DNA of 64,000 nucleotides, taken from assembly GCF_006345805.1 (NCBI RefSeq), contig NC_042999.1, forward strand, positions 138,508,001-138,572,000, read 5' to 3'. Every line of letters starts with the position of its first letter. The first letter of the stretch is position 1. Below are positions 49,863 through 63,675 of the stretch, in pieces. The notes beneath the pieces were generated by a model. The model was not told where the DNA came from, searched no databases, and worked only from the letters and a program-made list of their open reading frames with translations. Made by a program: the position numbers and the translations under genes. The DNA is from Octopus sinensis (lineage: Eukaryota).

Positions 49863-52800
49863 ATAATGCACAAGCGTTTATATTTAGGGAACAGTTGTTT
49901 ATATTAACTCCAATACATGGCTGTTATTTTGAGTGGTGGATGGCAAAGGTGCAATATATTCTCCAATAATGTCTTTTGCACCAGATCACAAAATAAATGT
50001 GTATGGAGGGATATAAATAAGACTCTATGATATTCATTTAAATAAAGTGTACATGGCCTGTATAAATGCTGAACAAAGAACCATATTGCCAACAATGAAT
50101 ACTAAAAAAAAAAGAATTAAAAAAAAAAGACTTATACAAGATAGAGATGTCAATAAAAGTTAAGCATTGCAGTTTTTTTCAACTTCAAAACTTGGATTTG
50201 ATATTTTCTTAGATATTCCAATGAGTTTATTGCTAAATTGCAGAAAATGCACATACAAAAAGAAAAGAGAGAACAGAGTGATATCTGATTGTCTGTTGCT
50301 GATTGGACAGAAAATTAAATGTTTTTACCAAAAAAAAAAATGTCATTAGTTCGGTGAATCAACATCTCTTGCACAACAATTTTCACACTTTATTTTGAGA
50401 TGACGAGAAGAAAGAATATTAAAACAGGACCCAACATTATAATAACCAATGACCCAACCATTGGCTAAAAGATCACAAATTTGTAAGGAAAGGTTAAGGC
50501 CAACATCTTGACCCAATAAATGATCAGTACTTCTCATATTAAAAATGTGGAGAAGTTAAAGACAACTCATGAGATATAAAACTAAGAACTTTTATAAGAA
50601 ATAATTGTTTCTAAAATAATAATTTCTACTCTAGGCAGAAGGCCTGATATTTTTGGGGGCGGGGGAGATTTATTATATCAACCCCAGTACTTGACTGAAA
50701 CTTTATTTTATTAACTCCAAAAAGATGAAATGTAAAGTTGACCTCAGTGGAATTTCAACTCAGAACGTAATGAATCAGAAGAAATGCAACAAATCATTTT
50801 GTCCAATGCTCACCAGCTTAATAATAATAATAATAGTAATGATAACTGTTTCTGATTTAGGCACAAGGTCAACAGTTTTGAGAAGTTAGTCAATAATATC
50901 AACTCCAGCAGCTGACTGTTAGTTTATCAACCTTGAAAAGATGAAAGGCAAAGTTGACCACAGAAAAATACGAAAGGATATTTTCCCCATTTGGCTCCAA
51001 ACTTAAGTAGTTTAAAATATTTTGCTCAGAAACACAATCCAGTACTCTAAGTATAGTAATGTAAACCAAAAGTCCATTGTTTTGTTTTTTGTTTTACATA
51101 GCCAATTGCATCGCTAATAATTGTCTTGTTTTCACTAGGCACAATGCTTGAAAATATATAGTAAAGAAGAAACAGGCATCAACATCACAACATCTGAAAA
51201 TCTAAAACTGAGTCATAGACTTAGCTCAAGTGTTTTTAAAAGAAAGAAAAATGGATATATGATATTGAAGCATTTTCTTCAGACCAGTGATGACGTGAAA
51301 ACAGTAAATCTGCTGGAGTTGAAATAAGTTTGTCAACTTGCTTTTCTGAAAATAGACTTCTGCAACATGGTGCTTACCAAAGAATTCGTTCTTAGACTTC
51401 CACTCTTAAGTTGTCAGCCAGCTAAAAAGAACAAGTGTGTGTCACATAACAATACTACTCCCATATTACTAGTGAGCAGCTGCCACAAGCACAAAACACT
51501 AGACTGCTTCTAAAAGAAGGTCATCTGACTGACAGACAACCCTTCAATTCACCACGGCATGCTAGACCCACTAAATGTGCTGTGTCCTTACTGTCAGTTA
51601 CACTGCAATTACAATAGTTGTTGTTCATCTCAACCAGTTAGTTATATACTATTTCCATTTAAACCAACCCATCTTTCATATCCCTTATGCGCCATACAGA
51701 CTTAGTTCAAGCTGAACATCAACTGAGCTGAACTCAGCAATCTAAGACGACTTGGAAGGATTATGGTCATATCCCATCTACCTTTCCTTGTATACAATAC
51801 GTGGTCCTCCCTTTTTTTACCTCTGGGTTATTTGGCAGTTAAAAATCTGATTCAATTAAAAATCAAAGTCTATTATAAATTTTCATTTAGCACAACAGAA
51901 GGGATAAGTGATAACTTTATGTACACAGTTAAGTGAAAGGAAATGTAATGTTCACAGTTTAGGTCCATCTTACAAGAAGATTAAAAAAGCCAAGAAGTCA
52001 CAAAAAGAACTCAAAATTTATAGCAGACTTAATTTCCAAACAACTGTACCAATTTCTAGGGAAAAGATACTATTGATTTTTATTGACTCCCAGAAATAAT
52101 TTCTTTATAAGTAGGAAAATATATAAAATTAACCCACGTAGTCTATTATTGTTACTTATATGATAGAATAGGGAAGGATAAGAGTAAAGCTGACCCAAGA
52201 AAATTCCAACTGCAAGAATGTATTATAGATACCATAACATTTATGTATCAGCCCTTTAACACAAGCCTAGAAATTTATAAGAGATTAGTATTCAATGAGC
52301 ACTCAGTAATATTAGAGCTATTTATTGACTTTGGTGGGAAAAATGCTAACTCAACCTTGGCAAGATTTAAACTCAGAAGAGAGATCAATGAAACTATATA
52401 CTAGAAACCATTCAATGCAGTATTCTACTGTTTCTGCTATTCCACCTTAGATTTCTTATTCTGGTACAAGAAAACAAAATATGTGTGAGATACAAGAGAG
52501 GTAGAGATGTTTTGATCAACTTGGGTACATGCTGTGTACTTATTTTATTGACTCTGGTAGGATTTCAACTTAGAATGTAGAATGATGAAAACAAAGGCAT
52601 TTCGTTGCACATCTTAACATTTGTCCTTCTCCATTTAGACATGAACTGTTAACCAAGCAGATCTAAATCTCGCAGCTGAGTACAGATGAAATGTTTTCCA
52701 TCTTGTTTCCTTTCACAACAGTGATGTAACTGAAATACAAAACTACACAATTTCCCCTATTTCACAAAGTAAATCAAATACTGTTCCACATCATTATCAT

Positions 52801-53604
52801 ATTTCCACCACCATCACCATCATCATCATCAATATAAATACACATTTATGTTTTCTTATATATCAGAAACAATTTCAAAAGCGCAAAGTTGATTTTTAGA
52901 GAATATTTCTTTAATTTTTTTTTGCTTTTTCCATTTTCATAATGTGGGCACGGTTGGAAATTTGTTCATATATATATATATATTATATATATATATATAT
53001 ATATAATTTCTTTTCAAGAAAATATGTGTATTTCTGTATCATATAAATAAATAACATTTAAACAGAAAACTTTTTTTCAATTTATATAAATTAAATGGAA
53101 AAGAAAAAAAAGTCTTTTTTTCTTTTACCAATCTTTCTTTCTCTCTCTCTCTCTTTTACAAAACTTTCAAGTGATTTCCTTCCATACATGTTCAAACCAA
53201 CATTGAAGAAAGTCTTGTTTCTAACTTTAAAATAAGAAATATGTACAAGAAGAATAAAAGAAAACATTGAATGTCTTCAGTCTACAAACTAGAAACACTC
53301 ACACAGACACACACATACATACATTCACAAGTAGACACCACTCAAGTAAAAATGAGAAAAGGCAGTAAAACACTAGAAAAATAGTCCTATTTTACAGAAT
53401 CTGACACTAAATGTGTCACTTCTAGCTGTGTTTAGCAGTTTAAAACTTTTTTTTTGCTTTCATTTGGCTGGCACTTCAGGAGTTGCCACTGTACATTTGC
53501 AAACAATGTCATTTAACATCAAATAAATAAATAAATAAATAGAAGGAATATTTCAATAAATAAAGTGTTTGTTAGATCTTCTATTCTGCAAGTGCTATAC
53601 AGGC

Positions 53605-53825
53605 TTGTGGGAATTGGTGCACAGAATTAATCCACTTGGTACATTGAAGCCTATTTGAGGGCTTAGTGCAAAGAATTAATTCAATGAATAAACTGAAGTC
53701 CTTTTTTGGAGCTTGGTGCACAGAATTTCGGTTGATAATATGAAGTCCTCTTCAGGCCTTGGTGTACAGAATTTATTCAGTTGACCTTTTGAGCCTTTGG
53801 TGTAGAGAGTTTACTTGATAAATTG
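53605..53825 (-). repeat. Five diverged ~38-50-bp tandem units in the proximal PHTF 3' UTR
   Basis: Core ttggtgcacagaatt variants at 53614, 53663, 53713, 53759 and 53797. Confidence 0.8.
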
Positions 53826-53850
53826 CATCCTATTCAATAACATGTTGCCA

Positions 53851-54030
<180 letters not shown>

Positions 54031-54218
54031 TTAAAGAAGATGTAACTTCTTGAGATAATTTTTTATCACCTCATCCCAAATCTTCCTCAATCTCTCTTCC
54101 ACAGATACTATTCAATGTGCTGTTTTTCTCACAGACGGTGCCCAACAAAATCAAAATCAAACAATGTGCATGCGTGAAATTAAAAATGTAAAATGACAAC
54201 AATTTACCCAGTGCACCC

Positions 54219-54286
<68 letters not shown>

Positions 54287-54385
54287 ATTAATATTAGGGA
54301 TTATATCCAAACTTGCAGGGAAAAATTAGATTTAGGATTAAATCAAATTTCACAGTATAAATATAAATTAAATTAGAGATAAAGC

Positions 54386-54438
<53 letters not shown>

Positions 54439-54466
54439 ATATATATACACATACATACATACATAC

Positions 54467-54503
<37 letters not shown>

Positions 54504-54513
54504 CATACATACA

Positions 54514-54545
<32 letters not shown>

Positions 54546-55699
54546 CATATATACACATACATACATATTACATAGATATATATTGGCCTGCTTGCCTAGC
54601 CAGCAAGGCGGCATTATTTGAAGGCTAAAACAATGCAAAAGCACACTGCGACCAGCAATGTGTAACAACATCTGAGGTTGATCACATGATCATGTGCAAT
54701 ATATGTATATATATCCATTAAATAAGCCTTCATATATATAAGAGAATTTGCAATGTAACCAAGACAGGCAATTTGTACTCCATATTGATGTTCAAGATAT
54801 CATTTTCTGTCATCTGTATATTTGACTGCATTAAAGAAAGGTTCAATATACATAATTCCAAAAGACTGTCCCCAGCTTTTAAATCTCTTCTTTCAATTGC
54901 CATATCTCTAAATTAAATTGTCCTCAGTTGCTATCTATTCAACACAGCTGTCCACTTTACTTCTCAGTTCCTTGTAGTCCATATTCTCTATCCACATTTC
55001 CCAGAGGTCATTTGATATGAACAGATATAATTCATTCTAATCATTTCTACCTCCCATTGCTATTCATCACTCTCTAATCCCTTTTCTCTCTGTTTGGTGT
55101 CACAAAAATATCCACTCAGTACTCTCTGAAACCAAGGTAAAAATGAAACAATTGAGATGTAATCTTCCAAACCATCTAGAAGAGCAGCAATGACCCCCAC
55201 CCACAATTTACATCAGCATGGAAAGCAACCACAAAACGACAATGATGATGATGAAAAAGAAAAAGCATCCGTCTACCTATATGGTTCCTAAACTATGTAT
55301 CTTTACAACTTGGATTATTTGTCTTCCATATAACCAAACCTGAACATACAGCTCAAGTCATCTATTGACTAACATACAATATGCTACACACTTTAAACAA
55401 CCATTACATGGAACTTGTTTTACTTTCTCAAATGAAATAAATAAAGCATTCAACTCCTAATAGTAAGCCAGAATCTTCATCATCATTGTCATCTATTGAT
55501 TACAGCTTGCACTTGTATCCAGCACATTGAATGACGTGCTGCCATATATCACATTTTGTCATTAGTGTCCCAAGTTCATCATCAGTCATAGCACCACAGG
55601 CCTTCATGTAGGTGTTGATTCTAAATTGTGATCTGAATGTGGAAGGTAAGAATGGAGAATGAAGAATAGAAATATTGGTTGAAAACAGAAAATACTCAC

Positions 55700-55795
55700 C
55701 TTTAAGAGATCCTCAGCAAGCTTTAAAACACTGTTAGCCAGCATTAACTTTTCTTTTTTGTGTGGTTTTTGTTCCATTTGTAAATAGAGATTTAT
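55700..55795 (-). CDS. PHTF: PHTF exon
   Basis: 96 nt: INLYLQMEQKPHKKEKLMLANSVLKLAEDLLK (PHTF [32 protein letters not shown]). Acceptor ttcag, donor gtgagt. Confidence 0.97.
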
Positions 55796-56193
55796 CTGAA
55801 GAGAAGAATAGAAAGAGTTGTCTTTATTATTTTTTTTGTTATCCCTTTTGTTACTGTATTTCTATTCACATCTTTAATTAAATTCTGAAATATACCCAAT
55901 CCTTCCTTTCTAGAATTTCATATCTTTGGAATTCTCATCTCTACAAAAGATTTACTGTATATGTTGACTTCCAACTGCACAAAAGAAAAGTTGATTATTT
56001 TGATCTCATTGGTCTTGAAAGAGTTGTAAAGCCATGGGCATATCTCTTTCCTCCAGACCAATCTAATAAAAAACAAAGGGTGAATTTGCTAAGCTAGTGT
56101 GATGCTTTTTCCCAACTAATGAGATTTACAACTGTATAAACATTTCAATGTTAATCATAAAAACGTGAAAGCAAAAACACATTTACATCTTAC

Positions 56194-56349
56194 CTGCTCA
56201 GTGATCAATACAGAAAGATTGCGATATTTCTGGTTAATTTTTAATCCGAGAGTCATAAACCGAAGAATGTAAACACCAAGCGCTAGAGACCAAGCTAGTA
56301 ATTCCCAATTATACAGATAGTCCATGAAAGTTTCTGTGTCTTTTAATAA
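56194..56349 (-). CDS. PHTF: PHTF exon
   Basis: 156 nt: LLKDTETFMDYLYNWELLAWSLALGVYILRFMTLGLKINQKYRNLSVLITEQ. Acceptor ttctag, donor gtaaga. Confidence 0.96.
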
Positions 56350-56788
56350 CTAGAATGAAAAATACATACAATCAACATAAAAAAATGGTTCTTAATTTTT
56401 TCTGGTTTTAGTCAAAACTTGTGGCTGTGCTTATGAACTTTGTAAGCTCCACATCATCATCATGGCTGGAGCCAGTTCTTATTGGAAATTGCTGATCTCC
56501 TCAGATAGGTTGAATGACCACATCTCACTCATATGTTATAACTTTTGGCATGGTTTCTACAACTGATATTTCCAACACTAACCACTTTACAGATTGTGTT
56601 GTGTACATTGTATAGTAGCACCTAGGTTAGCGTGAGGATGAAAAAAGCAAGTGCTTGACAAAGAAATAGAGTGACTAGGTTGAGCAGGTGATAGGAGAGG
56701 AAGTTATGGCAGAGAAGTAATAGAAAAAAGACAATAATGATAGTAGATTATGGGAAAGAGGTAGTGATGGCAACTACACATTTGCTGG

Positions 56789-56864
<76 letters not shown>

Positions 56865-57019
56865 AGTGATGGGTAGTTGTAGAAATAAATGTTAGTAAAA
56901 GAGAGTAGGGGAATTCAATTACAAGTGACCTAGGAGAGTGGGAGTAATGGCTAACAATATAGATAGATGGGTGATGATGAATTATATTGAATATGGATGG
57001 ATATCATGTATGATCTTAT

Positions 57020-57230
57020 GAAAGCACATGACTCAGTGGTTAGAGTGTTGGGCGCACAATCATGTGGTAGTGAGTTCAATTCCTAGACTGGGTTCTGTGT
57101 TGTGTTCTTGAGCAAGACACTTCATTTCACATTGCTCCAGTTCACTCAGCTGTAGAAATGAGTTGCAACATCACTGGTGCTGAGCTGTATTGGCCTTTGC
57201 CTTTCTCTTGGATAACATTGGTGACTAGGT
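57020..57230 (+). mobile_element. CpG-decayed CORE-like SINE in a PHTF intron
   Basis: tgactcagtggttagagtg...gagttcaattcc...gtgttcttgagcaagacac...ccagttcactcagctgtagaaatgagt. Confidence 0.8.
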
Positions 57231-57429
57231 CATCAGCACATAAGAGCTCCTACTGATACCTGGTTTTAAATTCCACTGTTGTAGCTTGTAAGACTGTCAT
57301 GGGAGCAGTGGATTGAACCTGCATGAACTCCTAGCTGCATGCTAAATCCTGGTGAACTCATTGCTGACTGCACTTCTATACATATTTGCAACACCAGTTA
57401 GGTGTTGCAAATATATTACATCTCTTGTA

Positions 57430-57464
<35 letters not shown>

Positions 57465-57471
57465 ATATGGA

Positions 57472-57625
57472 TAATAAGGAGAATGAAGAATCTGAACATT
57501 CAAATTTTATGTTTATTTCCAGTTAGCTTATTCATAATAATTGTCCATGTTTCAATCGCACATGTTTATAAATAAACTAACAGGAAACAAAGTTTGAATG
57601 TTCAAATTCTTCATTTTCCTTATTA
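57472..57625. repeat. Imperfect inverted repeat (foldback/MITE-like) in a PHTF intron
   Basis: taataaggagaatgaagaatctgaacattcaaattt pairs with aaagtttgaatgttcaaattcttcattttccttatta, with inner pairing. Confidence 0.8.
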
Positions 57626-57844
57626 CCAATTTTGTACATTACACTTTAAGTAGCCAAGAAATAAACTGTAACATTGGATGGGTGATAAAGGAAGTTTACC
57701 AAAAAATGCACCAGCTGAAGGAACCAGCCTTGGCATAGAGAAATTCAGTATCTGCTTGGATATTATATCCCTCCACTTACTGTACATATCTTTACACACA
57801 CACACAGCTCTTTTTATTTGTTCTTACTTAATGTAAACACTTAC

Positions 57845-57931
57845 CTGTAAGCACATTAACGTGACGGATATGATGGCTAGTAAAAATGAAGCTGACACTA
57901 TCACATCAACTGAACGTTGAGGACCTCTTTT
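57845..57931 (-). CDS. PHTF: PHTF exon
   Basis: 87 nt: KRGPQRSVDVIVSASFLLAIISVTLMCLQ (PHTF RRGPQRSVDVIVSSAFLL). Acceptor tttag, donor gtaagt. Confidence 0.97.
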
Positions 57932-59066
57932 CTAAACAGGAAAAGAAACAAAATCAGAACTTTATCTTACATATAATCAGATAACACAAATGAAAGCACA
58001 TCCTCATCACAAAAATGTGTGTGTGTTTATGCGTGCATGCATGTGTGTGTGCATGCATGTATGCATGTTTATATGATTTAAATTTTGAATGTAGATAAAA
58101 TTTAGTGCTGAAAGATATTTAGTGCAGTGTATTGTGCTTATTAAGTGATTTGTTAGTAAAATACAATAAATAGATAATATTCATTTGATTACTCTTATGT
58201 TTATCCTTTCAAGATAGCATGGACTAGACAAGACAAATATATTAGTCATGCATTGTTTGACAGCCAGATTCCCTAGCTGTTGTCTATTTCTCAAATAAGG
58301 AATCTGGTGTTTCACATGCTTTTGAAGGCACAAAGCCAACAGATGATTTGTTGACAATGCAAGTAACAATGTTGCTGCCTGTAACTCACTGATTTTCAAA
58401 AAATAACAAATGTAAATATACTACATATCTAGACCAAGTAGCTGAGACCAAGTGGATGCCCCAGACCATATCTAGGCCAAGTACATGCCCCCAAAACCAA
58501 GTGGATGAGAAGCAAACTCTTCCCCCACACAGCCATGCTTATAATAATAAAAAAGAATAAGAGAACAAACTAAATAATATTTACTTTTAGACTTCTAGTT
58601 TGGCAAGTGATTTGATCAGAATACTGCATGTTGGATTTGAAATCCATCAAGGTAGATTTATGATAGTAAATTAAAACATGCACATATCATTGTGAGTGTG
58701 TATGTGTGTGTGTGTACATGTATTCATGCATGTATGATCAGTATTTTAAGGTTTATTTTTCCATGCTTGCATGGGTCAAACAATTTGTTGAACCAAATTT
58801 TTTACATCCAAATGCCCTTCTTGTCACCAACACTTGTTTCCAACAGGGCAATATTTTTCTATAGTAAGACATTGGAAACATATGACATTGTTCATATGAC
58901 TGTATCACCCATTTACAACTACCATGCAATGTCAAGAAACACACACAGGCTTTTATCAGCCCAGGGCTAAAGTAAAAACCCAAGGTGCCATACTGAACCT
59001 TGAATCATATGGCTGGGACGCAAGCTTCTCAACCACACAGCTGTGACTAAATTTTTATGTATGTGT

Positions 59067-59100
<34 letters not shown>

Positions 59101-59385
59101 AATAAAATACAAAATGGGACATGAACACAAAACATCTGGACAACTAGGTAATACAAAAAGGGACAACAAAACATCCAGATAGACGATACAAAAGAAACAT
59201 GGACGGGTCATTCGAAGCCTTTTATCTTTAGTCAAGAACCAGATCATCCTTGCAATTTCAGCTGATTAATCTTGAGAGTGCTCCAATCTGGCCAGCCCCA
59301 AGGAAAAACTAAGCTAAGAGCATTAGATTCCTTGGAAAAAGCATTGAATGTGTATGAAACAAGGATGGAAAAACAGACGATGTTA

Positions 59386-59640
<255 letters not shown>

Positions 59641-59959
59641 TCAGAAGTCTGGTAGTGGTCAGAGACCAATGATTTAATATATTAAGTGCATTACTTTGTA
59701 TTCACTTGCTGACTGATTTATCAATGTTATATTTTAAATACAAAATAGTTTAGAATCCAGTAAACTGCTGAGCGTCTAGAATCCAATTCTTTTTTTTTAT
59801 ATATGAATATTCCTTTCAGCTAAGTTAATTTTAAAAGCCTCAAGTTTTCTGATATAAATTCTTTGAATCTATTGAAGATCAAGTCCTCACTAAAAGAAAG
59901 CAAGACTTCTGTCAACTAGTCAATAATTTTCTGCTGGTAGTGTTTCATTTGTATACTCT

Positions 59960-60255
59960 CTTTTTTACTCTTTTACTTGTTTCAGTCATTTGACTGCGGC
60001 CATGCTGGAGCACCGCCTTTAATCGAGCAACTCGATCCCGGGACTTATTCTTTTGTAAGCCTAGTACTTATTCAATCGGTCTCTTTTGCCGAACCGCTAA
60101 GTAACAGGGACATAAACACACCAGTATCGGTTGTCAATCAATGCTAGGGGGACAAACACAGACACACACACACTCATATATATATATACATATATATGAC
60201 GGGCTTCTTTCAGTTTCCGTCTACCAAATCCACTCACAGGGCTTTGGTCGGTATA
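59960..60255 (-). mobile_element. Composite SINE with CpGs retained, in a PHTF intron
   Basis: gactgcggccatgctggagcaccgcc...tttgccgaaccgctaag...gacgggcttctttcagtttccgtctacc. Confidence 0.85.
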
Positions 60256-60887
60256 GAGTATTGTTCTGTATCTTTTGTAGTTCAGTACCCACTTTGACAA
60301 ATTGGCAGTTTGTAAATGCTCCTTTCCCAGATTTTGTGGGGAAAAAAGAGAAAAAGTATATAATTTAATCAAACAAAAACCAATTTTGTGGAGTGTCCTA
60401 TTTTAGATGTTTGTGTGAATTCATACCATCTATATTAAATTTTTAGGGATATTACTAAAAGAAGCAGAGACTTTCACAAGATTATTTAAAGTTTCTTCTC
60501 AGATAACAATGTTCCATCACATTAATACTGACAAAGATGTTTATTGAAAATATATTCAAAATAGAAGTATTGTGCTTAGTTTAAATACTGTATCTAAGAA
60601 GAATCATATCATGATCATTCTACATTCCCAGAACCACCAACAGAACCCTCTAAATATTTACCTCACTCTTGTGAGTTCACAGAGAACCCATGTGAGTGCT
60701 TCTTCCAAATTCAAGAACTACTGGTATACAGTAATCAACTAATTTCATTTTGCTCCATGAAAAAAGAATCATTGTCAGATCATCTTTATCTTACTTATTT
60801 AAATCATCACCATCACCATCATCATAATAATAATAATACCCAAAAGTAAAAGAAGCTAACAAAAATAGAAATTATGTGCTGCATTAC

Positions 60888-60984
60888 CTGTTTGAATGTA
60901 CGATCAGCAACGGAGAGCAAGAAGAAAAAGAGAGCACTAAGACAAAGCCTTTGGATTACAGCATTAATTAAGATTAGATTAATC
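60888..60984 (-). CDS. PHTF: PHTF exon
   Basis: 97 nt, phase-compatible with the previous exon: (K)INLILINAVIQRLCLSALFFFLLSVADRTFKQ (PHTF FFFLLCVAERTYKQ). Acceptor ttttag, donor gtaatg. Confidence 0.95.
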
Positions 60985-61376
60985 CTAAAAAGAAGAAAAG
61001 AACATAGTAAACAAAGAATTCAATAATAACATTACCATTCTCATTAACATTTTCTCTTTACTTTACCTGGATCAAATTAAAAGGCTTACATCAGATAACT
61101 TTTCGAGCCATAAACTGCTTTGTTATACAACACATATAAACTGAGACATTTGAATTTTAAAATGCAGCAGCCTACAATGGCGAGATATATGCCCACAATT
61201 GAAAGAAGACAGCCATGGCTTGATCCTAGTTATAAATCTATTGCAGTTGAGGTGACCAAAGATATATAAAACTTTAACAGTTTTAAATGCTAGAAATGTT
61301 TTTGAATATCTCTAATAATCATTTGGATTCTAGTTGTTCTCCATGTACATATGACACAGAAAAACTCAGTTGTTCT

Positions 61377-62081
61377 TTAACCCTTTAGCATTCAGTTTAT
61401 TCTGTCAAATTTAATGCTTATCTATTCACAACGTTTTGAATTAATCATACATTATATCATAGCTTTGAGATCTAAATGGCTCTTTATTATTAGAATGACA
61501 TTGCATAGTAGATGTGAGAGGCCAGATCTGAGTGGTTTGAGCACAAAACAGGTACCGTAAATCCTCAGGAATATAATCTGCATTTTTCCCCCAAAATTTA
61601 AAGGTCAAAATCCCTAGTGCATACTATATACGAGGTTAAAAATGAAAAATATTTTCTGAGCAATGACCGATTCTCTACTTGCAGTCCGGCAATGTTTATT
61701 CAGACACATTTTGTGATGCCGGGTGCGAAAATACCTTAAACTAAGCCTGAAAGCAATGAAGTCATAAAAGAATCATCCATAACTTGCAGCTAGCAACATT
61801 TATTAAAATAAAAATATTCAGAACACAGAATAACATGTAACAAAAACAATTTGCAAACATATTTACATTCCCATATAACAATTAAGAATATCACCATTAT
61901 TGTATTACGCATGCGCGGAAGCATTTGTTTGACAAGATGCTGCTGGCTTAATTACGCACGACTCAAGTAAGAGAAGAGGTGCGTATTACACACAAGGTTT
62001 AGGCTTTTCAGAGGTACATCCCCCTAAAAATCCTTGAGGATTTACAGTATATTATTTGGGCTGCATATGCTATAGAGTTAA
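61377..62081. mobile_element. piggyBac-like MITE interrupted by a pogo/Tigger-like MITE
   Basis: Outer TTAA-ccctttagca...tgctatagag-TTAA. Inner TA-ccgtaaatcctca...tgaggatttacag-TA at 61555-62047. Confidence 0.8.
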
Positions 62082-62509
62082 ACCATGTGCATTTACCCTC
62101 TCGTTTTATCCCTACTAGACGTGGATCACTGTCTTTTATGATCACCACCACTTGCTGTTCCTGAGATAAGAGCAATACTAGTGAAATAATGTTATTAGCT
62201 CAAATACACCAGCAGTCCTAACCCGGAACAGAGTTCCATCTTTGACTGTGAAGTGATGATGCTTTTATCACTTGCTTAGAACTTGATCCTGTAAAAGTTT
62301 TAGTCAACTTTCTCTCCTATCATTATAAGCTGTATAGGGATACAATAAGCACTAGAGATTCTTCTGCTGACATATGAACTAAAGAAACTAAGGGTAATAT
62401 ATATCTGTAACATAGTATATAACAAACCATTTCTTCAGTCAATGGTCTAAAATCAAAAGTCTCTAAATTATGATCTTAAGGATCTTATCCAGTCCAAACG
62501 TTTTGAAGT

Positions 62510-63030
62510 ATAAGTATGATTAAAAAAAATATACGGTAACGAGTCGATAAAAATAAATGACTATCGGGTTAAATTAAAATTAAAATCGACTCACTACTAC
62601 CACAATTCAGTCAGCCATAGTTGTCTCCCTTGCATTAAAAAATAATCTATCAGCAATAATTATCTCCCCTTACAAAAACAACCAAAATATCGCTGAGATT
62701 ACTCGGAGACCATTCTGGTAATGAGAAATGACTACTCGAACAAATTTAGGCCTCAGTAATACTCAAGGATTGATTTAAGGACTTATTTATTACATTATTT
62801 TAACTGTGAATACTGCTCTTGTGTAATAAAATTTTTAAATTATTGAAACCATATTTTCGTCGCTTTGAGACCGCGACCTGTTGAAGTGAATCTAACGGTT
62901 TTTGTGTGTTTTTAAATGGCTTGTAAATGCCTTCCACGCTGCAACTGTTTTTGTTTCAGCACACGGTTTCATATCAGGTCACTTAATATACAAACACATC
63001 TCCGTGGTTATTAAAGCCAATCTAGTGGTA
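62510..63030. mobile_element. CpG-retaining insertion, probably PLE pLTR-derived
   Basis: CpG-rich patch in a depleted intron. The minus strand reads ...AACAG-GTCGC(9 nt)GCGAC-GAAA at 62851-62886. Confidence 0.45.
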
Positions 63031-63675
63031 AAGAGTAAATAGCTTTGGCTGGTATGGGAGACAACTCCTCAAATTTAACCAGAATTATCTGCCTTCATTA
63101 ATACTAAATGGATTGATTTTTATCTCCGAGAATTTCACCCCATACTCCAAGATTGTCATTGAGCACCGGAAAAGAAATCATACATAGTAAATTTAAAAAA
63201 TTAAAATGTTAACAACAAAAGTTAATCTGGTGGTATTATATTACAAAATTAAAGATAAGCTGTGAGATTTATGCTTTGCTGAAGAGAGTCAAACCAAAAA
63301 CCTGTTTCCCCTCATTGCCAAAATGTAAAAATAATATTGTTCTAATTTTATCTTTTCTTCACTACATAAGTATTTCTGATCATTATTTGTTGCTACAGTA
63401 AATATATTAACACTAACTTAACTAATAGTGATAGAGTTTGGTGCTAATAACACAAAAGCAGTCACAGAATCATATTACAATATTAACACTTTTAATTAAT
63501 AGAGAAATAAACAAAATACATGCCACCAGACAGGAGTTAATTTAGTTGAATGACTTTTTTTTTTTATACTAGAAAATATATTGTTCATTTTTTCATCATT
63601 TCAAATATATTTCTGGTCTGAAGCTGAAGCTTTCTTCATATAAAAAAGAAATTTTAAAAAAATGAAAGCACTTAC

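Noticed and set aside
51346-51377. Intron between the candidate 44-nt exon and an acceptor at 51346
   Set aside because: Only 32 nt, too short for a typical metazoan intron.
53605-53825. CRISPR-like array, or stop-codon read-through extension of PHTF
   Set aside because: Eukaryotic 3' UTR; the repeats are degenerate with mutually related spacers and there are no cas genes. An in-frame TAG follows seven codons after the TGA.
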